The translations under genes and the position numbers were made by a program. The notes beneath the pieces are model-generated. The model ran no database searches and was not told the DNA's origin. It saw nothing but the letters and a program-made list of their open reading frames with translations. A DNA stretch of 49,487 nt, counting the filler, from Sphacelaria rigidula (taxonomy: Eukaryota), in NCBI GenBank assembly GCA_964200075.2. It is 2 parts of 2 records of this genome, joined end to end, with 100 filler letters (N's around TTAATTAATTAA, not from the genome) between each part and the next. Parts side by side here need not be neighbours in the genome. Positions count along the whole stretch, not along the records: positions 1 to 24,697 come from CAXNAA020000193.1; 1 more part is not named here. One strand, given 5' to 3'. Numbering within the stretch: position 1 is the first letter of the stretch; each line of letters opens with the position of its first letter. Below are positions 1 to 10,472 of this stretch, in pieces.

Positions 1-818
1 ATTAGGGGCTCCTAACAATTCTAACCTCAGAAATTATTTCTGTACCCCTACCGTAGCATCACTCTGATCCGCGATGGCCACAACAAGATAGTGCGTACCC
101 GTGGCGAATAAAGAAAAGCACTCGCTCGAGGAAACACAAGAAAGCGGATGATGGTATGGGAGAGAATACAGCGATATAAAAGAGATGGAGGAAAGTACCA
201 AAAAGGAAAATACGCCCCATATTATGCAGGCCTCAATATATTGTCTGCAGGTTGCAGCGAAACCTCCAACACATCACATACTCCTGCCAGGGTTCCAGGT
301 AAGGTAGCGGTGTACAACAAGCAATGCCGGGTAAGCAAGCTGCGACTCGGCTATCAGTGAATCATATTATTTGGGCGGGAACTCTCACCCGCCAGCTTTG
401 CAGAAGCGAGATAGGAAAAAGACCAAGGCAACTCGGGAGACAGAAACAAAATATGGCAAGGAGTCGTCGTGCGAGCCTGAGTACGAGATGTGACCCAGCA
501 TGGCGGACTCCCCAGACTATCTCCGACACTGCACGATTGCGCTGACGTTGATAGGTCAACAGACTCGGACAGCTCTGAACGAGCGAGACAGAAACTCTAT
601 TATAATATCATGATTCAGGTGAACGAAAAAATATGTCAGAGGTGGAAAGACTCGCGTGAAGACACCAGTACCAGATGTGAACCAACGTGGCGAACGCTGT
701 TGATTATCTTCGGCAACGGGATCGACTATGTCGACGGCACTTGGCTGACGATGGAGGGCGTTAATTGAGGCATCCCAAACTCGAGATTCCCGATACTTTC
801 AACTAACAGTAAAAACTG

Positions 819-836
819 TATATATATATATATATA
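819..836. repeat. (TA)9 microsatellite
   Basis: Direct reading. Confidence 0.9.
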
Positions 837-2655
837 AGGAAACTCAAGTTTGTACAGGTGTAATGAAAAAATCTGGAATGATACGATCATACCTCAAAGA
901 AATGTCTGGGTTTCGTCACAACATCATCTATCTCTAGCTGCATTTGTAAGGTAGTTACGAAAAGGTGTCGGTTGGCTCGTGATGAATTAATTGAGTTAAC
1001 TATGTCCTCTTGTCAACCTCTGAATGCTTGCTTTTTGTCCGTTTCTGACCGGTAGTGCTGCGCTGCTGTACCGCCTACAGTAATGTACTACATATCACAA
1101 CAGTATCCTCTACTTCATGTTGCACGAGAAAGGTCGTGCGATAATTGTGGTTCGAAAGGAGCTGCATCCAGAAATGCTATCCCTCAAGGGCATGCACGTA
1201 AATGGGTGGTACTGGGTACATCACATAACCCTCGACGCTAACCCGCTGAAGCACGACGCGGCACAAATTCCAAAACATGTGCCTCAATCGGGTGACACCT
1301 ACGAACTCCTTCATCAAGCTCAGCCCTATGACGTTTCGGTGCACTTGCAGTGCACAAAACGGGGAGCATTTTGCCAAGCCAGGGAACCGTCCCGCGGTAT
1401 GCGCGAGGTTCACGACATCAAGGATATTACCCTCGGCTATCATGACTAATGCAAGTACTTAGATCCTCAAACAGCCGATCCAGCGACGTGATATAGCCGA
1501 CGTTTTTTTGCACACGAACACTTATATTTAGTTCCGCAGACCCGCCGTCTATCAGCCAACGGAGGTGCCTGCGTTTCACTCGGCAAATAAATGCTAAAAT
1601 AGGCTCGGCAGAGACTTGCCGGTGTTTGCTTCGTTACTGGCGCTGTAGCGTTGTATGTGGCATTCGAACTTGCGGACATGCTCACCACTCACCTGGGTGC
1701 GTTTGCAAAGGTCGTACGGTGCGCATTGCAACACACTTGGACTCTTGCAAGAAGCTAATATTATATATGGTATAATACCAGGAACAGTACAGTACATGCA
1801 TATCTTACGCATAACGAATGAACGAGTTGTACCGTAAAATTATTGTAGCTTGGAGAATAATGTGCCACCAAAAGGCAAAACCTCCTCCAAAAGCCGAATT
1901 GACTGCTTCGCATACCGGACTGTACAACAGTAACATGTGAAATGTGAACGAAGATTTCAAGGAGAGGCGCATGTCATGTTCGGTGCTGCTACTAGAGCAC
2001 GCTGCGGAGCCGCGCATGCCGCACCATAACGTTCGAGAAACCTTGGACAACTCGGGATATCTATGAAACCCTCCACAGATCTTTGCCGTTTCATCAATGA
2101 TCTCCCGGACCACACTCCAAATTTCGTGCCCTACAACCACAGTGGTACTGCTATTCACGACGACGTATTCACGACGTCAAAGAGATGTCGTTGTCGCCCA
2201 AAGCGTCGCGGGCGAACTTCGATGGCACCCACCACCCAGCGGTTAATGATATGGTCTATCAATAAGACATATTTTGTACGGTGTCAATCTGCGGGGTAGA
2301 CAGAGACGCAAGTGGATACAGAGGTAAGAGTGTACGACTGTGAAACAAAGTGGGGGGGGCGCGTTCAATAAGCGGGACGTGACTCTGCTTGGGGTGAGTC
2401 TACCGGTAAGAACAACGAATCACGCGCCAACACACAACCAATAATACCCCCAGTTGTTTATAATCGTTGCTTTACGTTTTCTTGTTCAGTTTAATGTGCT
2501 GTGTGATCAATAACGTCAGCCGTAGTGTTGCGGTGTCGGCTTTACACCGATACGCCGAGCTTTCCCACGTACAGTACCACAGATAGTGGCGGTTGTCGCT
2601 ACGTCAACATCCACCTGACCCGTGCAGAAGGACTGCAGTTTTGTGTGATAGGTGT

Positions 2656-2859
2656 TGTAATGCGTGAGAGGACCGCGTGCTTAGAGGACCGCGCCGTAGT
2701 TCAAAACACGTCAGGATCGACGTTTTTCAAAACCAATCGGGTCAGTCCCTGGAGGTACCACACCCCTGACCATAACCTTAACACTAACCCTGATCCGAAC
2801 CCTAACCCTAACCATGGGGATGTCCAAATTCCGATGCGGTCCTCTTAGCACGCATTACA
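2656..2859. mobile_element. Non-autonomous TIR element (MITE), TGT...ACA ends, 5-bp TSD GGTGT, internal degenerate (CCCTAA)n
   Basis: Starts TGTAATGCGTGAGAGGACCGCGTGCTTAGAGGACCGC and ends GCGGTCCTCTTAGCACGCATTACA (right TIR internally deleted). GGTGT at 2651-2655 and 2860-2864. Collinear with the copy at 23093-23308. Confidence 0.85.
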
Positions 2860-3947
2860 GGTGTGAGCGCGGTGTTCGTGCCGTGGTGATGGATTGAGAT
2901 ACATGGTGTGCTGTTGCTGTACAACTGTAGTAGTCCCAGCGTGCTACTGCACCATGACCACGAGGCGGTGGCGGCAAACAGAAAGGGAAAACATGCCAGA
3001 CGTGTAAAAAATATGGTCAACACTGAAATGACGGTAGGACACAGCGACTCGGGGATGAGCACTTGACACCAAGAATACCCCCCGCCTCGTCAAGCTTTGA
3101 ACGCCGTCGCTGCTGTCTCCAATTTTTAGGGTACCTGAAAGTGAAAGGTCATATCATCGTAGATGGGGATCATACAAAGACTACGCGGTACTGCACATGC
3201 ACAGAAACATAGCGTAGGTGACACAACGGAAATAAGCGCACCTCTCGACAGTACTCTCCGTATTTCGAGGTTGCCTCAACCACGCGCACAGGACCACCAC
3301 CCGCTCGAACACCTGCTGGCCGGACCCCCTTTGATTGGGTTGCGTTGTGGCAACACTCCTTCGCGTCTCTCTGACTGCTCCAAGTGACCGACCGACTGAG
3401 ACAGACTGCCCTCCTGTGGTTGCAGCCTGCGCCGACCGGTGTGGTGTTACTTGTATGTGAATTCGGATTTTCGTGTATGGAATGGATTTTCGCACATGAA
3501 GATATATATGTAACATAAATAAATTCCAAGTACGTATATATAACATCAAGATAATATGTACAGTTTATTGCTCGGCAACACCCCCACGCCTCGCCTGTAC
3601 GAGCCACACCTCACAGATAAATTACCCTGCTTCCCGGGTGCTTCCATATTAGCACAGCTCGGGGCCAACGCTACTGGAGTGCAAGGCTCTTCCTAGTGCT
3701 GCCGTTATTGGACTTCTCACCTTCAGTGCACAAGACCGCCAATATATTATGGCACACAACCTGACACAGCACACCTCGTTGATGAATTTGTCAACGTCGA
3801 TCTGTTCACACATGTGGAACTGTACTAACCGTTGCTCTGCTCTCATGCTAATAGTCGAGTATTCCTGTGCAGGAAGTTGCGGCGAATTTTCTGCAAAAGT
3901 AGTATGGGTTGCAACTACCGCCAGTGGGTGTTGTTTACGGTGTTTAA

Positions 3948-4045
3948 CCCTTAGACCGCGAGATTAGTCTTCCTATATCATGCATACTTTTCTTTACTTG
4001 AAATTGATGCCGATTCAACAGAAGACTAAACTCGCGGTTTAGGGG
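3948..4045. mobile_element. piggyBac-like MITE (TTAA|CCC...GGG|TTAA), 98 bp
   Basis: TTAA at 3944-3947 and 4046-4049; ~26-bp imperfect TIRs CCCTTAGACCGCGAGATTAGTCTTC / GAAGACTAAACTCGCGGTTTAGGGG. Confidence 0.75.
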
Positions 4046-4486
4046 TTAAGGTATTCCGAAATCAACTAGAGAGTGGGGGTGTGCCAAGGCGACACCTGAG
4101 GAGACGGGACAACCAATGCGTGAGGGAATTGTTTTGAGCTTTGGACAACATTTTCCTCAGTAAGGTATTTTGCTCTTTCCATAGTCTCGCATCATCCACA
4201 TCGTTAGAAGTATCTTGAACTCGAGGTTCCCGGTAGTAATGTGTTGTAAACGATTGTACTGTTGAGCATCTGTCGGAAACGTCGAGTTTAAAAGAGACCT
4301 CCGTTGCTGGCCCCCGCTACAACAACAAGGTCGGTTCATCACGGACTCCCGCATACAATAAGGCGGGTATGTTTCTTTTCTTTCGACGCAGCCCCTCACC
4401 TCGCCCTGCTGATGGTACAGAAAGGTACTACACAGTACAGCACACCGAAATAACCACCAGCAGAAAGGCGGTGCCCCGGGTTTTAA

Positions 4487-4595
4487 CCCTGGACCGCGGT
4501 GAGGGTAGTCGATCCGGATCATGCCGACTTTTTTTCACGTGCGATACGAGTATTGATGCCGATTCAGCAGGTGACCTACCCTCGCGGTTGAAGGG
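4487..4595. mobile_element. Diverged second copy of the piggyBac-like MITE
   Basis: TTAA|CCCTGGACCGCG...CTCGCGGTTGAAGGG|TTTA; shares internal ATTGATGCCGATTCA(A/G)CAG with 3948-4045. Confidence 0.65.
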
Positions 4596-6829
4596 TTTAC
4601 GGTGCTACCGATAAGGTGGTGTTTCTCCTTGTCACCATGCGCCGGCGTGCGTCGTTGAGTAGTGTGATCTATCACAAAATATCAATAATCCAAGGTACAC
4701 CAGGCAAAGGGGGTGAAGAGGGTTCTCTGTGCACTGATACAGTAAAAAAAACTTGGCGCCCTAGGCACGGCGCCGCGTTCTGATTTCGGCCCAGATTGAG
4801 TGCTGCATACGCAGCGCAATTGAACCGTTCGGACCGTACTCTGGCCTGCTTATTATGTGAGAACAGAGGAACCGTACCTACGGTCCAAACAACCAGGCGG
4901 AAAATTATCGACTGGCAAAGTGTAGGTCAGAAGGCATGTCAGTTTTTCGAGGGGCCCGGAGATCATCATCCCGGTGAGACGGGCCAGTAGTGAAGAGGAA
5001 CTGTTTGGCAAATTCTTTTGTTCAGCAATCGGATCTTTCTTGGGGGTGACGGATCGTCGGTCCCAGGTTATGCATAAGTGAGCGATGCACCGTGGGGGCT
5101 TTATATTGCGAAACCCCCAAGAATTCGGTTTCCGCGGGAAACTCCAAAATGATGCGTCCAGCAGCCAAATGATATACCGAAAGTAAAGGTGTAGACCGGC
5201 GTCCAGAATGAATGGAATTGCAACACACGCACAGTGTCTGCACCGCCTGTGCTGCTGTGTTATGTCTTTCGTTGCTTCAACTATGCGCGTCCGCAATTGC
5301 CCAGTGAAGAGTACAATGATAAGGGCGTGTCTTAGTGCATTTTCTTCCATAGAAAATGTGTGGTGCAAAAAGACAACTCCGTCCGATCTGATAGGTCGTG
5401 ATTTCAACTATCGTAATTTATGCAGATAATTATGGTTGAAATATCACGAGCCATCAGATCGGAGTGTTCTTTTTCCACAGCATATTCTATCCATGTTTTT
5501 TTAGTTCTTTATATCGCGTCCGTTTGAATTTTTCCGGGTCCGATTTAATTTTGTATTTTCTTTTACCCTACGAGCTGGGCGAGCCAACAGTGGGTAGTTT
5601 TCTCGCTCAGCATCGCATGCACAGCGCAAAATCAGGAGTTGAACACGCTGAAATTTTGACAGCAGCTTCTTATGCGACATGCAGAACATGACGAGAGCAG
5701 CTAAAAAAAAGAAGAAAAAAGGAAGTTATGGGGTTTGAAATTCATAAAAAAAAAAAGAGAAAATCTGCAGCTGCTCCCGTGATGTGTCATTTCCCTGGGT
5801 GCAGCAAATTTCAGTGATCAGCTCAAGAGTCGCCTCTGTTATTTTCCATCATCTTACCGTCGCAGCAGACGAATCAACACGATCCCTCTAAAACCATTCG
5901 CCTCGATTTACCGCGGGGCACGAGCTTGCCTGCTTCTTAGGCGTGAGACTTCGGTTAAATGGCTTTTCGCGCGGAAACTTTTGTAATAATGATAAAAGTT
6001 TCGGCGGGCGTGGCAAGCGCGGATCTCGATGTAATCGACCGGAAAGGGGGTGTTATACACCGTTCCCAAGCGTGTCATTGTGTCATGATTTCGAGGATAT
6101 CTTTTCGCCCGGACGTGATGTCTGGCTGCGAACAATACTGGCACGGACGGGCTTCAGTAGAGGATTATGACACGAGGAAGGGACTCATTAGATCTCCTGT
6201 AACGCTGTGAGTAGGGAATACCCAGACGTCTGTTGTCGAAGATGTTGGGGTACAACTGCGAATATGGGCGATAATAGATGGTGCTTGGTTCACGCCTGCT
6301 GCCGCACGGCGACACCGCGTGTTTCCAACTGCCGGTAAACAAAGGTAGGGAAGGTTAGATGCAGTACGAGGAGCGCATCAGATGAGGTCTGCACTTCCGG
6401 TAGAGAATTTGGCTGATGCTGTTAGTGCTACACTCGATCGAGCTTTCTCTCGCCGAGCGCAGGACGCCGCATGAAGGGAGTGTGGGAAGGACCCGCGGCC
6501 CTACATGTGTCATTGCGGTGGTGGTGTAATCGTTCTGGGTTCAGTTGAGTGGCTCCAATGTGCGTGTTGCAGTCTTCGTAAATGAGTCTCTATCCACGGA
6601 TACTCAGAGTTCAGGTTTATTGCCTGCCCCGTGAGCATGATCGATGCGCACTCCCAAAGCCATCGGCTTGTGAATGGATCGAGCATGATGTTGGTTGGAC
6701 GCAAGATTTAGGCTGGTTCCGAAGAATCACAATACTCGTGTTTCACAAAAATCTCCCGACGTTCTTGTAGAACCAACCAGTTGGACCGCCTCTACAGGTA
6801 GTTGGTATTCGTTCCCATAGTGGGTATTG

Positions 6830-7110
6830 GGGGGGTGCGTATTTTCCAATTTTGGGATATTTGACACGGCCCCCAGACAGCGAATATTTCATCGCGCGCA
6901 CGTCTTGAAAGCTGTGTATCGCCTAACTGAGTTGAGCCTATCTCTTGGGTGTCTCTGTGAATTTTCGCGAAAGATTTGTCTCGGTGGAATGATGAAAAAA
7001 AGTGCCCAAGACATGTAAGGTTTTCCCTATTTGCGGTCCAAAACCGTGCAAAATGCCCCAACAATCGGACAAAGCGTCCTAAACGAATACCAACGATAAG
7101 AAACCGTCTC
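6830..7110. repeat. More degenerate relative of the 45.2-45.7 kb foldback
   Basis: CGGTGGAATGATG..AAAGTGCCCAAGACATGT (6982-7017) matches CGGTGGGATGATGCAAAGTGTCCAAGACATGT (45541-45572). Confidence 0.5.
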
Positions 7111-7184
7111 AGAACTTGAAATTTGGTATGGAAATTCCTCGGGGGAAAGTAGAAAATGCGTCAGGCTCTTTTTGAAAAATAGTA

Positions 7185-7835
7185 GTTAAACCGACTTTTA
7201 TTGCAACCAATCTGTATTATTTGTACAAATATGAGGATTTGAGGCCGTCAACAACAACAGGCGAATTTCTCCCGTGGATTGGTTTTTCGGACGCCGGTCC
7301 GTTGGGCAATGTTTTTTTACTAGCTGTGAGGAAACCAGATCAATTATCCGATTCTCTGGACGTTGGCTTTTGGTATATCACCTTTCCGCTCTAATCGGGG
7401 CACTCCCGCATCTCCCCGGATTTTTCAAGATTTTGTGATGTACCAAAAGACAACGTCAATAATAGAAAGAGGTGTACTCATGATCATGCATGCTATAGTC
7501 AATAGAAAGGGGGAATTGATCTGGTTCTCTAACAGCTAGCCGAAAAACATTGCCCAACGAACTGGGGTCCGAAAATCAATCCACGGTAGAGAATCTCAAC
7601 GTTGAAAAAATCCGGAGAGATGCGGGAGTATTCCGATTTGAGCAGAAATGTGATATACCAAAGTCAACGTCCAGAGAATCGGAGAATTGTTCTGATTTTC
7701 TCACAGCTAGTCGAAAAACATTGCCTGCCGGACTGGGGTCCGAAAAATGGATCCACGGAAGAAAGTCGCCTGTAGACGGGCTGCAACCCTCATATTTGTA
7801 CAAATACCGATTGGTTCCCATAAATATCGGTTTTA
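7185..7835. repeat. Long imperfect inverted repeat (foldback/MITE-like), arms ~7185-7430 and ~7597-7835
   Basis: For example TATTTGTACAAATATGAGG / CCTCATATTTGTACAAATA and GATTCTCTGGACGTTGGCTTTTGGTATATCAC / GTGATATACCAAAGTCAACGTCCAGAGAATC; a partial third arm copy lies at ~7510-7590. Confidence 0.8.
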
Positions 7836-8389
7836 CTTTTGAGGAAGAATTTTCGATTTTTGCCTTTTCCTAGACAGTTTTGTCCCTCAAATTCGATCCC
7901 CCCCCCCAGAAACCTTGGGCATCTCCCAGCGTAATTGTGTTGCATGGTCATGAACAATGTGTCTGCCAAACTTCAAAATATGACTCTCGAAAATCATGGG
8001 GAAATTTTAGTTTTGGTGCAGAGCCAGCTTTGATGTGAAAAAAACCAATGTTGGCCCAATTGAAGGCCACACTGCACGACGTTAGCCGCTTGGGTTCTGG
8101 ACCCGTATCGTTGTAGGGAGAAGCTTGAAATAAAGCTGAACGTGATGCTGCAGTATTCATGCGGCGCAACCGTCGCTTTTCCTCTGAAGTTGAAAAAATG
8201 GATAATTATTCCCTCCCTTAGACAGTAGCGAGAAAAACGATGGTTATACCAAGAGATAGATGGTGGCCACAGACGGCGGAACAGGACGGGGATAACATAT
8301 GTAAAAGGTTTTTGTGCAATGTATTGAAGGAACGGAATGAGCTATAGAAGAAACGTAATGAGCGCCGGAATTTTGATTTAGGAGTAGGA

Positions 8390-8470
8390 ACGGTTCTCCG
8401 TCTCAAAAGAGATGCGTGGTCAATGGTCAAACGACTAGGGCAAGCAACAAATGAGTACGCCCCCCCCTTG
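8390..8470 (+). repeat. Dispersed repeat family B (other copies ~28900-28965 + and ~43885-43960 -)
   Basis: CCGTCTC(A/G)AAA..GATGCGTGGTCAATGGTCAAA..GACTA..GCAA..CAACAAATGAGTACGCCCCCC; the reverse complement is at 43885-43960 and a shorter version at 28900-28965. Confidence 0.7.
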
Positions 8471-8644
8471 CGAGAAGCCTTTCCAAGTATTACAAAATTT
8501 GCTCATATCTCAGGAATTACGGCTCGTATGCCGACGTAAGCTACACCAATGTGTTTCCCTTGTCAATGCGGTCATTTATGTATGTTCATTATCCAGTGAT
8601 GTCGCGATAGCACCCCCCCCCCCCCCCCCCCCTCCTCCCCAGAA

Positions 8645-8874
8645 ATGTACTCATCGAATGCTGTAAATGCAACATAATCAGCGCGCTTCGGGCCGAACAA
8701 TATAAGCAGGATGCAGCTCACTCTTCATGCGACTCGCCGAACACATCACGGCGCTTTGCGCTTTGTGACTGATTGCTGGTCTCGTCCGGCGAAATCCGGC
8801 GTGGTCCATCCCAGCTTTATAGGGATGCGAGGTCAATCGCCATATGGCCATGGCATACAAGTTCATGAGTACAT
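8645..8874 (+). mobile_element. Dispersed repeat family A (terminus ...ATCATGAGTACACCCC)
   Basis: 8685-8870 is collinear with 38494-38690; ends ATGTACTCAT / ATGAGTACAT; the direct repeat CTCCCCAGAA(ATG) flanks both sides. Confidence 0.65.
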
Positions 8875-9835
8875 CTCCCCAGAAATGCGACTGGTTCGAG
8901 CAAGCAAAATCAATATTTTTCCAAAATGACAGAAGGCGAGCACACCGAACAGCTGAGAACTTCCACATTCAGGGGCGTTTTCGCCAATGTCGCCCATGCA
9001 AGGCGCTTCATGCAGTCTGAAATCAGCTATCATGCGCTATTTGGCCAATTTCTTCGTGACAGTGGTGTGGCTGGTTCAGGGGGAGGACTATTGCCGGTCA
9101 GTCTATCGGGTGACGATTATTTTTTCATCGAATCACGTAAGAGGATACTTCCTGGAACCAGCTTGTAGTACCATCCAAAGCAAGTTCTGCACCACGTAAG
9201 AAACGGACGCGTCGTGTTGGCCCGAACATGTCCCTTGTATATACAAGCCCTATGGAGGACGTGCCCGACTCACCACCGAAACCAAAGTCTTTGTACACAA
9301 CACCTCAGGGGAGTATGTCGACCCACTGTTAGAACCCTTGCCCACCGCGAACACTCTGTCTGTGCCTCCTGCTGCAATCTATGCTCTTGTATTCGACAAA
9401 TTCAGTGACGGCACCAGAAATGACCAGGCTCTACCACACTACGCTTTCAGGCGCTTTTAGATCATCTCAGGCAACTCGTGGCTTGAACTGTTGCCAAAAT
9501 TCCCACTCCATGCCGTAGGAACACGACAAGACGCGCACTACACGGCATTGTGCGATGCCGGGAGATACAAAGGCGACCAGAGCTCCTGACCGAACAACGC
9601 TTACGCAAAGAAACGTCGTGCACCAACTACGCAGTTGGCAAACCTGGGGGCGTTATCCTTCCTTCACTGACCGTTGACAAGCAGGAGGGACTTTCAACCC
9701 CCTGGAAAACACACATATACTCCATCTCCATGAAAAGTATGTATACTGACCTACGATCGGCAATTCCTCTTCCCTGCACTTGTACTTGAACTCTACCGGG
9801 TTTTTCTTATCTTCATTACGTACAAGTACCGGCCT

Positions 9836-10011
9836 GGGGAGGGGGAAAGGGGGGGCGGGGGGGTCATAGGCGATCGGGGGACACGGTCTCGAAACGGGAA
9901 GAGAGTAATCAAAATAGGCGCAGGCGCAGGCGCAGGCTACCCCACTGGCATTTGTGGACGAGGGACAAGGCGCGTTACACCTCATAAGAGGGTTAACCTC
10001 AGTCATATAAA
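9836..10011 (+). promoter_or_regulatory. Possible TTLL promoter region (G-tract cluster, (AGGCGC)3, TATA-like CATATAAA)
   Basis: GGGGAGGGGGAAAGGGGGGGCGGGGGGG at 9836-9863, AGGCGC x3 at ~9916-9933 and TATAAA at 10006-10011, about 55 nt before ATG 10065. Positional inference only. Confidence 0.25.
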
Positions 10012-10472
10012 GCTACAACTCTCAAAGCGGGCTGGAGTGCAAGATAGAGTCGGCTACAAATATAATGGCAGCAAAAGGCGCGACCTGAAACATCTGGTCA
10101 CCCCCACTATCACCTCCTCAACCACTCGTGGTAAACGGACGTGACGGTCGAGTTGTCAGGTGTGCTTCTGCACACGTCTGCGAACACTGTGTACCTAGTC
10201 CATCCAAAATCAAAGACGTCTACCTAGCTGTAGATCTGGGATCTAACACGGATCCAACTTTTTTTGTCGACAAGAAAGTCTCTCATGCTGGCTCGGAGGC
10301 GGCGGCCATCTACCCAGCTTCACTGAAAGAACACAAAATAGCAAGACCAATCTTGTCGCTTGGACGGCAAACAACACAGGCGAAGGGGGTTGTCGCTGGT
10401 GACGTTTTCAGATATTCTTCTTCCGCTGTAGCCGGTGTCATCAACCCTGATCAACTTGTCTCAGGGGTCACG

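Noticed and set aside
1177..1443. Protein-like minus-strand ORF (MIAEGNILDVVNLAH...)
   Set aside because: No family recognised and no supporting exons; would need BLASTx.
4853..5407. 184-aa minus-strand ORF as a transposase or RT relic
   Set aside because: No DDE, RT or other motif in the frames I translated.
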